Assembly: GCF_018350175.1 (NCBI RefSeq)
Contig: NC_058373.1
Coordinates: 106,518,001 to 106,582,000, forward strand
Reading direction: 5' to 3'
DNA length: 64,000 bases
Origin: Felis catus
Taxonomy: Eukaryota
The position numbers were made by a program, and so were the translations under genes. How positions within the stretch are numbered: position 1 is the first letter of the stretch; each line of letters opens with the position of its first letter. Shown one piece after another: positions 49,693 to 63,206 of the stretch. The notes beneath the pieces are model-generated. The model ran no database searches and had not been told where the DNA came from. It saw nothing but the letters and a program-made list of their open reading frames with translations.

Positions 49693-52227
49693 AGGTGAAT
49701 AAGAATTGTCAAGCACTGTTGGAGGGAGGAGAATCTGAGACAGCTATTCTGGAAAGTTATCAGAAGGTATTCAGGAAACTGTTTGCTTTTGGGCCAGTAA
49801 TTCTGTTCCTGACATATGTCTTGGAGAAATTGTCTGTAAGAAAGCAATTACAAGGCTGTTCAACACAGTGTTGTTTATTGGAGTCAACCTAGGTGCCCAA
49901 GATAGGGGAACAAGCAAAAGGTAAACCTTGGTAGATGTGTATTACGGGATACTGTTCAGAGTATAGAAACAATAATCTACCTGAACATTCAGAAACAAAG
50001 ATCATAAAATAGTACTGAATGGATTGATTCAGTACTTAATAGTACTGAATAGAACTGAAGTATTGATTCTTTATCAATAAAATTTATAGCACAGTGCCAT
50101 TTATATAAATCAAAAATACAGACCTACGAAACAATACCGCCTGTTTTTCAAAGAGAAATACACAACTCAAGGTTTATAAGAAATATTAGATTGTGGGGGG
50201 TGTGGTTGAGATGGGGGTGGGATTGGAGAAGGAACTGGAGATAAAAGAAAGGGCTTCATATGGACAAATGATGATAATGTGCTATAACCTGAGGGATGTA
50301 ATCAACTTTCTGAGCCAGAGGTATAAATAAAAGACTCAAAAGAAAGGAAGTAAAGAAAGAGTTCTCACACACAAAGAACTGTTCAGCTCTCTAGTGAATT
50401 AAGTAAGACTACCATCCCTGGTTAAATTCACTGTTATTCAAGTTGCTACCTTATAGCTAAATATAACTGGGATAGTAAAATGAAAAGGTTATGTTGTCTG
50501 CAACAGAGTAACACCTTTACAATTCCATTCGGGCGGTCTTTTAAGAAAATCTTGTCCATTAATTATATGTTAGCAAATCATGGACAAAGATTATTTAACT
50601 TTTTCAGATAGACCATTTAGAAATACCATTCTGTTCATCTAATTAAAAATTTCACTTCAGAAAACTCCTTTTAATTGAATAATATATGTTCATTACCAGA
50701 TATTAACAATGAGAGCCTCTGATGATGACTTTATAAGAACTACATAATTATCTCTCCACTGCCAAAGTAAGCCCTAAATTATACTGCGTTCACTTTTTTA
50801 TGATATATCAAATTCAAACATGGGACAGGGAATTTTCACAGATAATCTAATAACATCATTAACAGAAAAGTACTAATTTGCAGAAGGATCAAATGTCAAC
50901 AAGAACACAAAAATTAAATTAAACTAGCATTTGAAATCTTCAGGTTTTTGGTTCTCTGGAATTAAAGGCATTAAAAAGCCAAACTGTAATTAGATGTCTC
51001 CACGGTTCTCCAGCAATAAGGATAGGGCTTTTGGGGAAATAAATTTAACAACCAATTCAAAAGGTTTTAATTAACAATTAGCATGCAACTCAAGATTTTC
51101 TCATGTAGGTTTGAGAAGTCACCTCTATTTTGTTGAAATGATTCTTGTTTAAATCAGGCAGTGATACAGTAAGTTTGCTACCAGTTTACAACGTATTATC
51201 AGATTCAAGATACTTTTACCCATAAGTAAACAGATTTAAATATGTATGTATTAGTCTTTGTCTAGGAATATAAATAGAGAGATGAATGAAGTCTTAATTC
51301 ACTAGAATGTTTAACACATTGGAGTTTTAGCAGTCTCATTTTCTACTGTTTCTTGAACAGACACATAAACCACATTATAAACTTTAAAGTTGAGAAAAGG
51401 AGATTAACAAGATCATCACTGGTTTCGTATTCTTCCTGTGGCTTTTAACTGTAATCCAATACCATCCCAATACCATCTAGAATATGTTAACAACAGGCAA
51501 TTCTTCCTTTAAGAATTGCTCAGGACAAAGGCTTTAGTTTGGCAAATCAATAATGATTATTAGCCTACAGCTACACAGAACTCTGATTCCATTGCTGACT
51601 GGCCAAATTCTTGAGTCTTAAAATTACTTGTTCATACAACATAAAGAAAACTGTGTGTTAGCTCTCTCTTAGTCTTTTACTGGTCAGGAGATTCACAACA
51701 GATTTCTAACAATGTACTTTGATAATCTCTGTACTTTATCCAAAAGACCTGCATATCCCAAAATGAGAAGCTTGATGTATAAAGTTCACCTCTTGATTTC
51801 TGATCCCAATTTTTAATCTAAAAGTTTAGATTCCTAAACTATCCTTATCTAGTCTTTATATCCTAAGATGAATACTTGCTCAGGCAGCTAATATTGTTAA
51901 ACTAGGTTTTCAAATAATATTAAACATACAGATCTGAATCAGATTTCCCTGGTATTTGTTTCAAATCCTTAAGCCACAAACACTTCAATTAATTTATTTT
52001 TAATTCAGCAATTAATGACAAATGTAAGCAAATTCCTGTGAAATAAGAAATGTACAAGGAAAATTAGTCTATTTTTTCCATGTTCGTGTTTACAGTGAAC
52101 AATATAGAAAAAAACAATTGAATCATGACAAGTATGTTGAATTGTTGATAGTTATAAACGGAAAGAGACATTTTAAAAATCTGCACTTCTATTTTTGAGA
52201 AAGTTTAAAACTAGTCTACTGAATGAG

Positions 52228-52260
52228 GCGGCCATCTGGTGACGGAAAAGAGCACTACAG
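52228..52260 (-). promoter_or_regulatory. Candidate CTCF site (core + upstream motif)
   Basis: Minus strand CTGTAGTGCTCTTTTCCGTCACCAGATGGCCGC: core CACCAGATGGC plus TGYAG-type upstream motif. Confidence 0.65.
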
Positions 52261-52327
52261 GCACTATTTTGCATGAACTGAACGTCATAAATATTCTATG
52301 CAAACCAACTGAACCACAAAAAATTCA

Positions 52328-52556
52328 GCAGCGCTGTCCAACAGAAACGTAATAGAAGTCGCATGTGTAATTTAAAAATTTCTAATCGCCTCTTTTTTAA
52401 AAAGTAAAATTTTAATAACGCATTTTTATTTAACCCGATATATCAAAAATAATACTGAGTCTTCAAAATACAATGTGTATTTTATAGTACACTTCAATTC
52501 AAGTGTTCAAGAGCCACGTGTGGCTGTGGCTAGTGGCTCCCATATTGGGACAGGCA
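52328..52556. mobile_element. MER3/MER33-like hAT MITE
   Basis: cagcgctgtccaa...tgggacag termini, gccacgtgtggct interior. Confidence 0.65.
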
Positions 52557-53353
52557 GATCTAGAAAATGAAATGACAGCTACAGTTCCTTTGATTTTCCT
52601 TTTACTGAATGCATTCATTTCTCAGCCCTTCTGCTCACCGTTTTAAAAAAAAAGTTCCTCCCTGTCCCTCTTTAAGTTCTACTTTATTTTATAAATATGT
52701 TTTGCCTCCTGAACATTTTGGAATATTTAAAGGACCCTCCACAGCCGGTCCAAGAACAGTAAGAAGACCCTTGGAGGGTCCATCTCCTCTCTAGAGGCAC
52801 CAGGGCGTTTGTTTGCCTGCTCCGTCCTTCGATTCTGCTCGTTCCGCGCTCTGCAGCGTAGGCGGTGGTCAGCTGCACTCTTGGGGCTCCGAGGCCACGC
52901 CAGGGCCGGGAGCGGGAGGGGGGGATCGGAACGTGTCCTGGCTGTCTGGTCGCCTTATGACATCACAGCGACATGACTTTTAAGTTTCCAGTTCAGCAAG
53001 GCTCCGGCCTTCCAGGCCCCGAAGGTTAAAGGCTTTCAATGGGAGAGAGCCGGGACTGGAGGAAGCCACACGACTAGGTCTCTGCCATCATGCCCACAAC
53101 TCGTTGCCTCCGGTCCGGTCCTCCGATCCTGCGACAGCAGGCGAAAAGATGCGCGCGGGCACAATGACACCCGCGAGCAATAAGCTCCCCGCCATTTCCC
53201 AGCAGCACCAGCGGGGTCTTCCGGGTGGACCCCTACCTCTGCTGATTGGCTGGAGGTTGCCGCCACGTGATCCAGAAACGGATTCGGCCGCTGCTTTTCC
53301 CACCCCTTGATGTCCCCCTCCCCACTCCCAAGGTCGCTGGAGGCGGAGGGCAG

Positions 53354-53367
53354 GTTTCCTAGGCAAC
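53354..53367. promoter_or_regulatory. RFX X-box
   Basis: GTTTCCTAGGCAAC fits the palindromic RFX site GTYNCC-N2-GGNAAC. Confidence 0.7.
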
Positions 53368-53369
53368 CG

Positions 53370-53507
53370 CAGCTGGTCGCGTATACACACCAGGCCCTGG
53401 ATTAGAGAGGGTGTCGTGCCTGCTGTTGCAAGATAGGGATTAGGAAATCGGAGTGGACTCTGCTCTGTCTCGGATTGCCCTGGAATCCATCCTCTTTCTG
53501 GGATAAG
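53370..53507 (+). other. LRRC9: Probable non-coding exon 1 of LRRC9 (start approximate)
   Basis: Consensus donor AAG|GTGAGT at 53507/53508 just downstream of the X-box; the next exon (62565) begins with an acceptor upstream of the ATG, so it needs an upstream exon. Confidence 0.6.
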
Positions 53508-54099
53508 GTGAGTGTGCCTCACCTTGCGGCCTTCGGGTGTCTTTGCTTCTCCCTCCTGCCACTCTGCCCGCCCCGGAGAGGAAGATGGGAGAGAAGAAAC
53601 ACTGTGGTCAAAGGACCCCCCGTAATGGTGCAATGGAGATGGTAATAATGAGACAGTTCCATGTTTTTATTGAAGGCCATCAGGGTGACCAGAGCAAAGG
53701 TTAAGAGAAGAATAAAAAGAGAAGGTGGCTCACAGTCACCTGTGCAGCCTTTCCTGCAGACGTTAAGGTACAGAACTGAGAGAATCAAGTGCTTATTGGC
53801 CAAATTTGATACTGCTCACCTAGAGCCAGAAAGGTGTTTGTTTGGCCCATCAGTGCTAACAGGTGGATTCTGATCTCTTTATACCCAAGGGAGGAGACAA
53901 TTTGACCATACAGGGCTTCTAGTTTGTAGAAAAGAAACTTGATTTTTCAGAATAATACCCTACCCAGCTCTCATGGCAGACAGAACATGGTGCTTTATAC
54001 TCTAATTATTATACTCTGGTCTTGTATGGCAAATATTTACATACTATTATATTATATTCCAAGTTATACCATATAGGACCCTGTAGCATGACAATTAAT

Positions 54100-56150
54100 T
54101 CAAACCATTTAACAAACTTTTATGGAACACCAAGCAAGTGCCAGGCACAGTGACAGGTTCATTGACCCTGCCTTCGGTGAACATGGTACCTGGTAGGGAG
54201 GAAGGACCTGCAAGCATCACAGTAGAGTAGGACAGGTGCTATAAATAGAAAGTATGCAGGCCTTAACAAGGAAGAGAATGATTATAATACTACCAGAGAG
54301 AATTAAAGTCTTCATACAGAAGACCCTTGATTTAAATTTTTAAGGATGTATGGAGTATGCCATAAAGTCAAGGGAAAAAGGCATTTTAGGAAAGGAAGAC
54401 TGCATATGCCAAAATGCAGAAATGCCCCAGCCCATTCAGAGAACTGTAGTTGTGGCCAGACTCTGAGGTGTTGGGAGTTTGTGGTTGATGAGCTTGACAA
54501 GCAGGCAGGGGTCAGATCATGGATACCATGAATACCTTCCAAGGAGAGTAGCCTAAATAGATTTACCTTTTGGGAGGTTGGCTGTTACAGTCGTGTAGAA
54601 GGTGGATTGGAGGGATGGATGTAGGACTGTAAGGAGAGCATCCAATTAAGGTGAAGTGATAAAGGCCTGAACTAACGCAGAGGCAAATATGATGGAGAGG
54701 AGGGGGAAAACGATAGACATTTAAGAGGTATATTCAGAAGGATTTAATGAGCAAGTGAATATGGAAGAAAGACTAAAAGAGTGGTTAAGGATATGTCCCA
54801 GGGTTCTAATATGGATGATTACAAAGATGGTGCAATTTACCAAGAGAAAGCATACACTAGGAGAAGAAAGCTGGCTGGAAAATATGACTCCAGGTTTGAA
54901 CGCACTGAATTTAAGATGCCTGTGACACATTCAGATGTAGCTTTCCATATTGGAAATTGGATTTGCACAGGAAGGAAGTTGCACAGCAAAAAGGAAGATA
55001 AAAATTAGTAATTTTCACCAAGAAGGAAACAATTGATCAGAAAAGTAGATTTGAAATAACAAGTAGAGGGGCAAGTGGGTGGCTCAGTCGGTTAAGCATC
55101 TGACTTCGGCTCAGGTCATGATCTCGCAGTTCGTGAGTTCGCGCCCTGCTTGGGCTTCTCTCTCTCTCCGTGTCTCTCCCTGCCCTTCCCCTACCTGCTC
55201 GCTCTCTCTCTCTCTCTCTCTCTCTCAAAATAAATAAATAAAAATTGAAAAAAATATAACAAGTAGAGAGAAGACACGGGGAAAATGTCAAACCAAAGAA
55301 GAAATCTTAAAGAAAGGAGTCATCAACATTGACAAACGCTATGTCAAGGTCAAGTTAAATTGAGAGCTGAAACATGGCAAGTGTCTTTGACAATTAGAAG
55401 ATTATTGTTGACCTTGGCAAAAGAAATGGTTGTGGCCTGACATATCATCAGTCAGACTGTAGTGAGTTAAGAACTGAATGGAGGTAGTGAAGCGTTGCTA
55501 ATGACTACTCTATCTAGAAGTTTTTCAGCGAAAATATCTAAACCCAGCTACTCATAGAATACGAGATAGGAAGATTTTTTTTTTTTTAAGACAGGAATGA
55601 TCTAACATTCATGTATGGAGGGAAAAGAAACTGCAGGGAAGAAAAGGTGGGAATAAATGAGGAGGAGGGAGATTTGACGGAATAGTATTCTGAAAGAGAC
55701 TGACGAGGATGGGATCAGTACACACATTTTGGACAAGAGAAAGAATACTTTCACTAAGAGGGGAGTCAGGAAGGGAAAGAAATACATTTTTAGGAGGAAA
55801 AGAAATTTCAGGAATGTAAATCTGATGTCATCACTGTTCTCTGTGAAGACGGGAGACAAGATCATCTGCAGAGGAGGGGTGGGAGGGAGAACCTGAGAAG
55901 AGTGGCAGAAGTTTAGAATAGTCCCTATGTCATGAATCCCCTATCTGTATGTCTAGCCCTACTCTCACTAGGAGAGGAAGTCGAAGAGGAAAATATAAAA
56001 TGTCTGTTGTTGAAGACGGAGGCAGCTGAAGTAGAGGCCATGCATTTGTAGTTACTTCAGCTCCGTGCTGGTTATACGAAATGTTTCAGCAGCACTTCAC
56101 AGTGGAGAGGGGAGGTGATTGGATCAATCTGAGATCGGAAGGGTGAAAGT
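54100..56150 (-). mobile_element. Degenerate L2 LINE fragment (SINE inserted)
   Basis: Starts with a reverse L2 3' end (caagtgccaggcacagtg), purine-rich body; assigned by eye. Confidence 0.55.
55068..55253 (+). mobile_element. CanSINE (internal deletion) in LRRC9 intron
   Basis: TSD ataacaagtagag. Confidence 0.9.
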
Positions 56151-56470
56151 TATAGAAGCTCCTGGTGGCTCCCGGTTCCCTGAAGGAACTAGAGGAGACC
56201 TGTGGTCTCTTAGATGGTCAGGCCCTGAAAAGAACTTCCCCAAAGTGGAGGAGAGTGGGTACAAGCTGGCCAACAGGACACAACTCTTGATGAAATCAGA
56301 AGCTTCAGCTGGAAGCCTTGGGTCTACTAATGACTGGAGGAAGCACAGGAGGCTTATAAGTACCAGAGAGGTTCAGGCTCCTCATAATTCAAGTGCAGTT
56401 ATTCAAATTATAGAATTGGAAGCTTTGTAATTAAATTTTGTTTTGCTAATTAATATTGGATTAGAACAGA

Positions 56471-56697
56471 TTTTTTTCTTTTTTTTTAATTTTTTTTTAA
56501 CGTTTATTTTTGAGACAGAGAGAGACAGAACATAAACAGGGGAGGGGCAGAGAGAGAGGGAGACACAGAATCGGAAGCAGGCTCCAGGCTCTGAGCCATC
56601 AGCCCATAGCCCGACGCGGGGCTCGAACTCGCGGACCGCGAGATCGTGACCTGAGCTGAAGTCGGACACTTAACCGACTGAGCCACCCAGGCGCCCC
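56471..56697 (-). mobile_element. Young felid CanSINE
   Basis: CpG-rich; TSD agaacagattttttt. Confidence 0.95.
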
Positions 56698-58509
56698 AGA
56701 ACAGATTTTTTTCTAAATGAAGGCATTGATGAAAGAAAATAAGATGAAGTGGAAGGCTGATATCCAAAATATACGTATTTTCTCTATCAAGAAAAAGTAG
56801 TCTCCTTGAATAAATAGAAGACTAATACTGTAAAGATGGAAGTTCTCTTTAAATTAAGCTTTACACTGGAATCTCAAAAACCCAAGTGAATTTTTAAACA
56901 CTAAATACAAAATAAACATAAATTTTGTTTGGAAAAATAAATGAAAAAGTAGCCAAGAAATTTTTAAAAAAGAATATGATGGAAATTGATATAAATCACA
57001 GTAATTAAAACAGGATAATACTATAGGAATAGATAGAGCTAAGGGAGAACACAGATTGGAAAGTCCCAAATTAGGCTCAAATATATGTGATAATTTAGTA
57101 AATAACAAAGGGAACAGTTAATGTCTTTTGGAATAGACATCCTGGACATGGACTAGATAACTGGAATTGCCATTTGGTGACTTTGGATGTACTGAGGACA
57201 GGCTTTTTCCTTGTGTGGTGGTGGGAAGGCAGGCTTTCCTTTAGTGTTCACAGACATTAAACCAGAATGTAAGGATTTCTTTACTGATGAGAAGGGGTGG
57301 TGGTACAAAGCTCTCCTTTACTTAATATGGCATCTGAATAAGCCTAGGGAGGGAAGACTGTGGCCCACATCTATGGACGGGCCTCTGATAGAGTACCTAA
57401 TCCTCTCAAAGTTGTTCCTTGCTAAGTGCTCCATTGCCTGGCTGCTCCTGCAGCCTATGCTGTAATATATGGGGGGGGGGGGGGGGGAAGCAAGAATGGG
57501 TTAAAGAGACAGTTGCAAGGAAAGATCGGTATCACCTTCAATATGGATCCATCATCTAACTACTTCTCACCATCCCCACTACCTCCACCCCACCACAACC
57601 ACCATCCTCTCTCTCATGTTATTACAAGTGTTTCTTAACTGGTCTCCTTGCTTCTACCGTAGACACCTACAGTCTATTTTCAACAGAGTAGATCGGGTGA
57701 TCCTTTCCAAAACTTAAGACAGCTCATATTACTCTCCCTCCCAAAATCCTCATAGAGATTTCCATCTTACTCCTAATACTAACATGTAAAATCTTCACAA
57801 GGGCCTACAAATCACAAGACAGCACATGATCTGTCCCTGCAATACCTTTCTGATGTCACATCCTCCCTGTCTCTATTTCACTAGCTGTGTTCCAGCCATA
57901 TCATTTTCCTTGCTATTTTGCAAACATGCCAACTATTCTTTCATCCTGTTCTTTTTTTTTTACATGTGTTCTTCCCTCTGCATGGATGCATTTTCTCCAG
58001 ATTTCCTCATAGCTCACACTCCCTCATTTCCTTCACCTCTTTGTCCAGATGCTACCTTACTAGAGAAATCTTTTCTTTCCTCCACCCCCTATCATTTTCT
58101 GACTGGTAGATATTAGTTCCTCAACACAAATGTTAATGAATAAGTGATGAATTAGTAGAGATTCCAGTGTATTAGAATAATTTTCTTATTTTTCTTATTT
58201 TCTTTGTGATGCTAGCTGGGGCCCCTCCCCTTCTCAACTCAGCATGGTCAGATTGTGTCTCCAGTTTACAAAGCCTGAGTACAAATACAGACTCTGATAT
58301 AAATCTCAAAGTCCTTTGATTTGGTTCCCTTGGATGGCTTACAGCTACCATCTTCCCAATCACTGCTGGTCTGAGTTTGGGGAATTTTTTCGGATAGTTT
58401 TATAAAACTTCTTTCCTTGGTACATTGAATTTTGGGCTGGTTTATACCAATGAGATTTTCTCTCAGACTCATGCCATCTACTTCATTTTCATTCAAAAGA
58501 CCCTTTGCT

Positions 58510-60490
58510 AATAAAATACTCAAGAATAAACTAACCAAAGAGGTGAAAGACCTGTACTCTGAAAACTATGAAACACTGATGAAATAAATTGAAGATGACA
58601 GAAAGAAATGGAAAGATATTCCATGCTTATGGATTGTTAAATCCATAAATATTGTTAAAATGCTTATACTACCCAAAGCAATCTACACATTTAATGCAAT
58701 CTCTACCAACATACCAATAGCATGTTTTGCAAAACTAGAACAAAAAATCCTAAAATTTATATGGAACTACAAAAGACCCCAAATAGCCAAAGCAGTCTTG
58801 AAAAAGAAAATCAAAACTGGAGGTATCACAATTCCGACTTCAAGGTATATTACAAAGCTGTAGCAATCAAAACAGTATGGTACAGGTACAAAAATAGACA
58901 CATAGATCAATGGAACAGAATAAAAACCCCAGGAATAAGCCCACAATTATATGGTCAATCTTCAACAAAGGAGGCAAGAATATGCAACGGGAAAAAGTCT
59001 CTTCAACAAATGGTGTTGGGAAAACTGGACAGCTACATACAAAAGAATGAAATTGGACCACTTTCTTACACCATACATAAAAATAAACTCAAAGTGGATT
59101 AAAAAACTAAATGCGAGACCTGAAACCATAACAATCCTAGAAGAGAGCACAGGCAGTAATTTCTCTGACACTGATCATAGTAACATCTTTCTAGATATGT
59201 CTTCTGAGGCAAGGGAAACAAAAGCAAAAATAAACTATTGGGACTACATCAAAATAAAAAGCTTCTGCACAGCAAAAGAAACAATCAACAAAACTGAAAG
59301 AGAACCTACTGAATGGGAAAAGATACTTGCTAGTGACATATCTGATAAGGGGTTAATATCTAAAATATTAACACACAAAAAAACCACAAATAACCCAATT
59401 AAAAAATGGGCAGAAGACACGAACAGACATTTCTCCAAAGAAGAAATACAAGGTGGCCAAAAGGCACATGAAAAGATGCTCAATATCACTCACCATCAGA
59501 GAAATGTAAATAAAAACCACAACGAGATCACTTCACACCTATCAGAATGGCTAAAATCAGAAACTCAAGAAATAATAAATGTCAGCGAGGATGTGGAAAA
59601 AAAGGAATCCTCATGCAGTGTTGTTGGGAATATAAACCAAAGCAGCCACTGTGGAAAACAGTAGGGAGGTTCTTCAAAAAATTAAAAATAGAACTACACT
59701 GTGATACAGTAGTTGCACTACTGGATATTTACCTAAAGAATTGGAAAACACTAATTTTAAGGGATATATGCACCCTTGTGTTTATTGCAACATTACTTAC
59801 AATAGCCAAACTGTGGAAGCAGCCCAAGTGTGCACTGATAGAAGGGAAGGATGGATAAAGAAGGGGTGATATATATATATATAATATTTTTCCGCCATAA
59901 AGAAGAACAAAATCTTGCCATTTGCAACAACATGGATGAATAGAGAGAGTATAAAATGCTAAGAGAAATAGCTAGTCAGAGAAAGACAAATGCCTTGTGA
60001 TTTCACTCGTGTGGAAGTTAAGAAACAAAGGAACAAAGGAAAAGAGAGAGATAGACCAGAAAACAGACTCCGTTTTTTTGTTTATTTATTTATTTTGAGA
60101 GAGACAGAGTGTGAGCAACCAAGGGAAGGGCAGAGAGGGAGAGAAGGAATCTCAAGCAGGCTCTGCACTGTCAGGACAGAGCCCAATGTGGGGACTTGAA
60201 TTCACAAACCGTGAGATCATGACCTGAGCCAAAACCAAGAGTTGGATGCTTAACCAACTGAGACATCCAGGTGCCCCACAAAACAGATTCTTAACTAGAG
60301 AGAACAAATGGATGGTTACCAGATGGGAGGTGGGTGGGGTTATGGGTGGAATAGGTCAAAGGGATTAAGAATACACTTACCACGATGAACACTGTGTAAT
60401 GTATAGAGTGTTGAAGTACTACGTTGTGCACCTGAAACTAATATATCACTGTACATTAACAATATTGGAATTTAAATAAAAGCAATAACA
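58510..60490 (+). mobile_element. 5'-truncated L1, about 1.8 kb plus nested SINE; frameshifted ORF2 C-terminal part
   Basis: ORFs 58660-58863, 58722-59102 and 58951-59664 are L1 ORF2 pieces ([35 protein letters not shown]); 3' UTR and A-rich tail. Confidence 0.95.
60073..60277 (-). mobile_element. CanSINE nested in L1 3' UTR
   Basis: TSD aaaacaga.tc; L1 resumes after it. Confidence 0.92.
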
Positions 60491-61451
60491 GCAACAAAAT
60501 ACCTTTCTGAACATCTCTGACAATCAATGCCCCTTTCCTAGCATTGTTACACATTCCTTTCTTATTTTCACATTTCCCTAGTCATTTTAGTGGGATTTAG
60601 GGAGGGAAGGTTGGTAAATACATGGACTCAAGTCACCAACTCATTTTTCTTAAAATTTAAATTTATGTACATGTATATAATTGTGATTGAATGAATGAAA
60701 GTAGACATATACTTTTAAAATACATATTTAAGTAAAATTTTGTTCTAAGTATAACATCTGTATAGATATCACACAAAATCTTAGGTATCTAATTTTATTT
60801 TCTCAAAGTGAATGTGTTCCTTTAATCAGCATGCAGATCACAAAACACATCTTCATCAGCACTCCAGAGCCCTTCTTTGTCTCCTCCTAGTCACCCACCC
60901 CTGAAAGGTAACCACTATCTGGGACTGCTGCTAAAACCATAGATTGGTTTGCTTTCAAATTTTATATGAACAGAGCCACATATTATGAACCTCACTGTGT
61001 TTGTGTGTCTTCCTTTGCTCAATATTGTGCTTGTGGGAATCATCCATGTTGTATACAACAATAGTTTCTTTCTCATTCCACCTCTAGGTATAAACTCAGA
61101 CTAAATGTGCACTAATGTCTCTTATGATAAAAATGTTCAGGGAAGCACCATTTAACTCCAAACTGGAGACAGTCCGAAAGTCTACTAACAGAATGAATAA
61201 ATGGTTTATTATAGTCTTACTTTTGAAAGTAAGTTTATATCTTCTTACTTTTGAAACATGCTTTTGAAAAGTTTTTTTTTTCTTTTCCAGTTTTGCCTAG
61301 ATCTATCCCCATTCAACCTCTCACACCTATTATATGTAAAGATAGACATACTCAGTTGTTAATATTAGTTACCTTGCACGCAGCTTTCACCTGCATGTTA
61401 ACAACTCATGTTAACCACTTTGTATGTTTATGTGTTTTATCCTTACATAAT

Positions 61452-61580
61452 CATACACACATGCATAACTACATATACATATGTATGTATATTTATATAC
61501 ATATACATACATATACATATACACAGACATATACACATATACATACATATACACACACAGACATACACACATGCATAACT
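61452..61580. repeat. Compound CA/TA low-complexity repeat flanked by catacacacatgcataact direct repeats
   Basis: Read directly. Confidence 0.85.
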
Positions 61581-62271
61581 GCGGGGGAATTAGTGTAAAA
61601 AGTGGGATCATGATATATATCATATCTACATTTTTGCTTTGTCATGTCATCATATTAAAACCTAGACTCCTATATTTTAAAAACAGTATGTGTCTAGAAT
61701 AATATAATGGATAGATTAAAAATTACAAAAGCACTGAGTTAAATTTTATTGTAGCTATTAGATATTAAGCAGTTCATATCATCTAAAATGAAAACACTGG
61801 CTCATTCATTTTAATAAATATTTATTCCCATGCCAGGTATGTCACTAATTCCTGAGGTTTCTTTTCTTCCCTAGTACACTTAGAGAGCTATGTTCAGTTT
61901 GGGACACAACCGTGTAATAGGAAGGATAAACTGGAGCCTGTTCGAAGGAGAGAAACAGGGATATCTCTAGTGAGAAAACTAAAAGACATGAGCTGGGGAG
62001 CGAGGTAAAGTTGTAGATGAGAGATGACTGTGTTCGTCAAGTATGGAAGAAAAATACTTGTTTTATTTGAACCCAGGAGGTAGAATAACAGTGGAGTGGA
62101 GTTATGGACAGACAGAATTAAATTCAAAATAAAAAAAGAACTTTCTAACAGAAAGTTTTAGAGATGGAGTGGACAGTCTTGGGGCCCAGACAGATACTTG
62201 GTATGACACTGTGTGAAAATTTCAGGCCACATGTGGGTGGTTTCACTTCAGTAGCTTTAAGATCCCTTTCA

Positions 62272-62483
62272 GGGGCGTCTGGGTGCTCAGTTGGTTGAAC
62301 ATCTGACTTCGGCTCAAGTCATGATCTCACAGTCTGTGAGTTCGAGTCCCACCTCGGGCTCTGTGCTGACAGCTCAGAGCCTGAAGCCTGCTTCGTATTC
62401 TGTGTCTCCCTCTCTCTCTGCCCCTCCCCTGCTCATGTTCTGTCTCTCTCTGTCTCAAAAATAAATAAAAACATTAAAAAAAA
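62272..62483 (+). mobile_element. CanSINE ~80 bp upstream of the LRRC9 acceptor
   Basis: TSD aaga.ccctttca. Confidence 0.92.
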
Positions 62484-62594
62484 TTTTTTTTTAAAGAGCC
62501 CTTTCAACTTGGAATGACATGACTCTAGAATTTATTTATTTCAACTTTTCACTTTCCTTAACAGATATATTATGACCTTTATTTTTAATGGAAG

Positions 62595-62642
62595 ATGATT
62601 GAATGTGAAAACCTAAACCAAGAAGAAATAATTAAGGAACTG
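62595..62642 (+). CDS. LRRC9: Leucine-rich repeat-containing protein 9, first coding exon (exon starts 62565; MIECENLNQEEIIKEL)
   Basis: Acceptor ttttcactttccttaacag|62565, ATG at 62595, donor CTG|GTGAGT, phase 0; joins in frame to the next exon; resembles the recalled LRRC9 N-terminus; RTN1-LRRC9 adjacency is the known mammalian gene order. Confidence 0.85.
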
Positions 62643-62843
62643 GTGAGTCAAAGCCAAATTTATTTTCAACTCCATTTGCAAGAATGTTAAGTGAACATTT
62701 TTATACTCCTTTCTGGAGCTTATACTCCTTTCTGGTCTACCCCATGGCCTTTGGGAACAGAGAAAAACCATTACATGGTATGACTTTCCTTCTTGTAAAA
62801 GTCAAAAATGGCATTGGTGCAATTGGCAATTTATAATTTCTAA

Positions 62844-63206
<363 letters not shown>

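Larger units (their letters stand above)
52780..53600. promoter_or_regulatory. LRRC9: CpG island / promoter of LRRC9
   Basis: CpG-rich island about 9 kb upstream of the LRRC9 coding exons; reverse CCAAT box (CTGATTGGCT ~53242-53251) and RFX X-box at 53354-53367. Confidence 0.8.

Noticed and set aside
53036..53873. ORFs over the LRRC9 CpG island
   Set aside because: No recognisable protein or splice support; GC-rich shadow ORFs.
57471..57487. Poly-G run (also ~41056-41069)
   Set aside because: Simple homopolymers of uncertain length; no supporting context.
58660..59858. L1 ORF2-like ORFs as an active gene
   Set aside because: 5'-truncated and frameshifted; dead retrotransposon copy.
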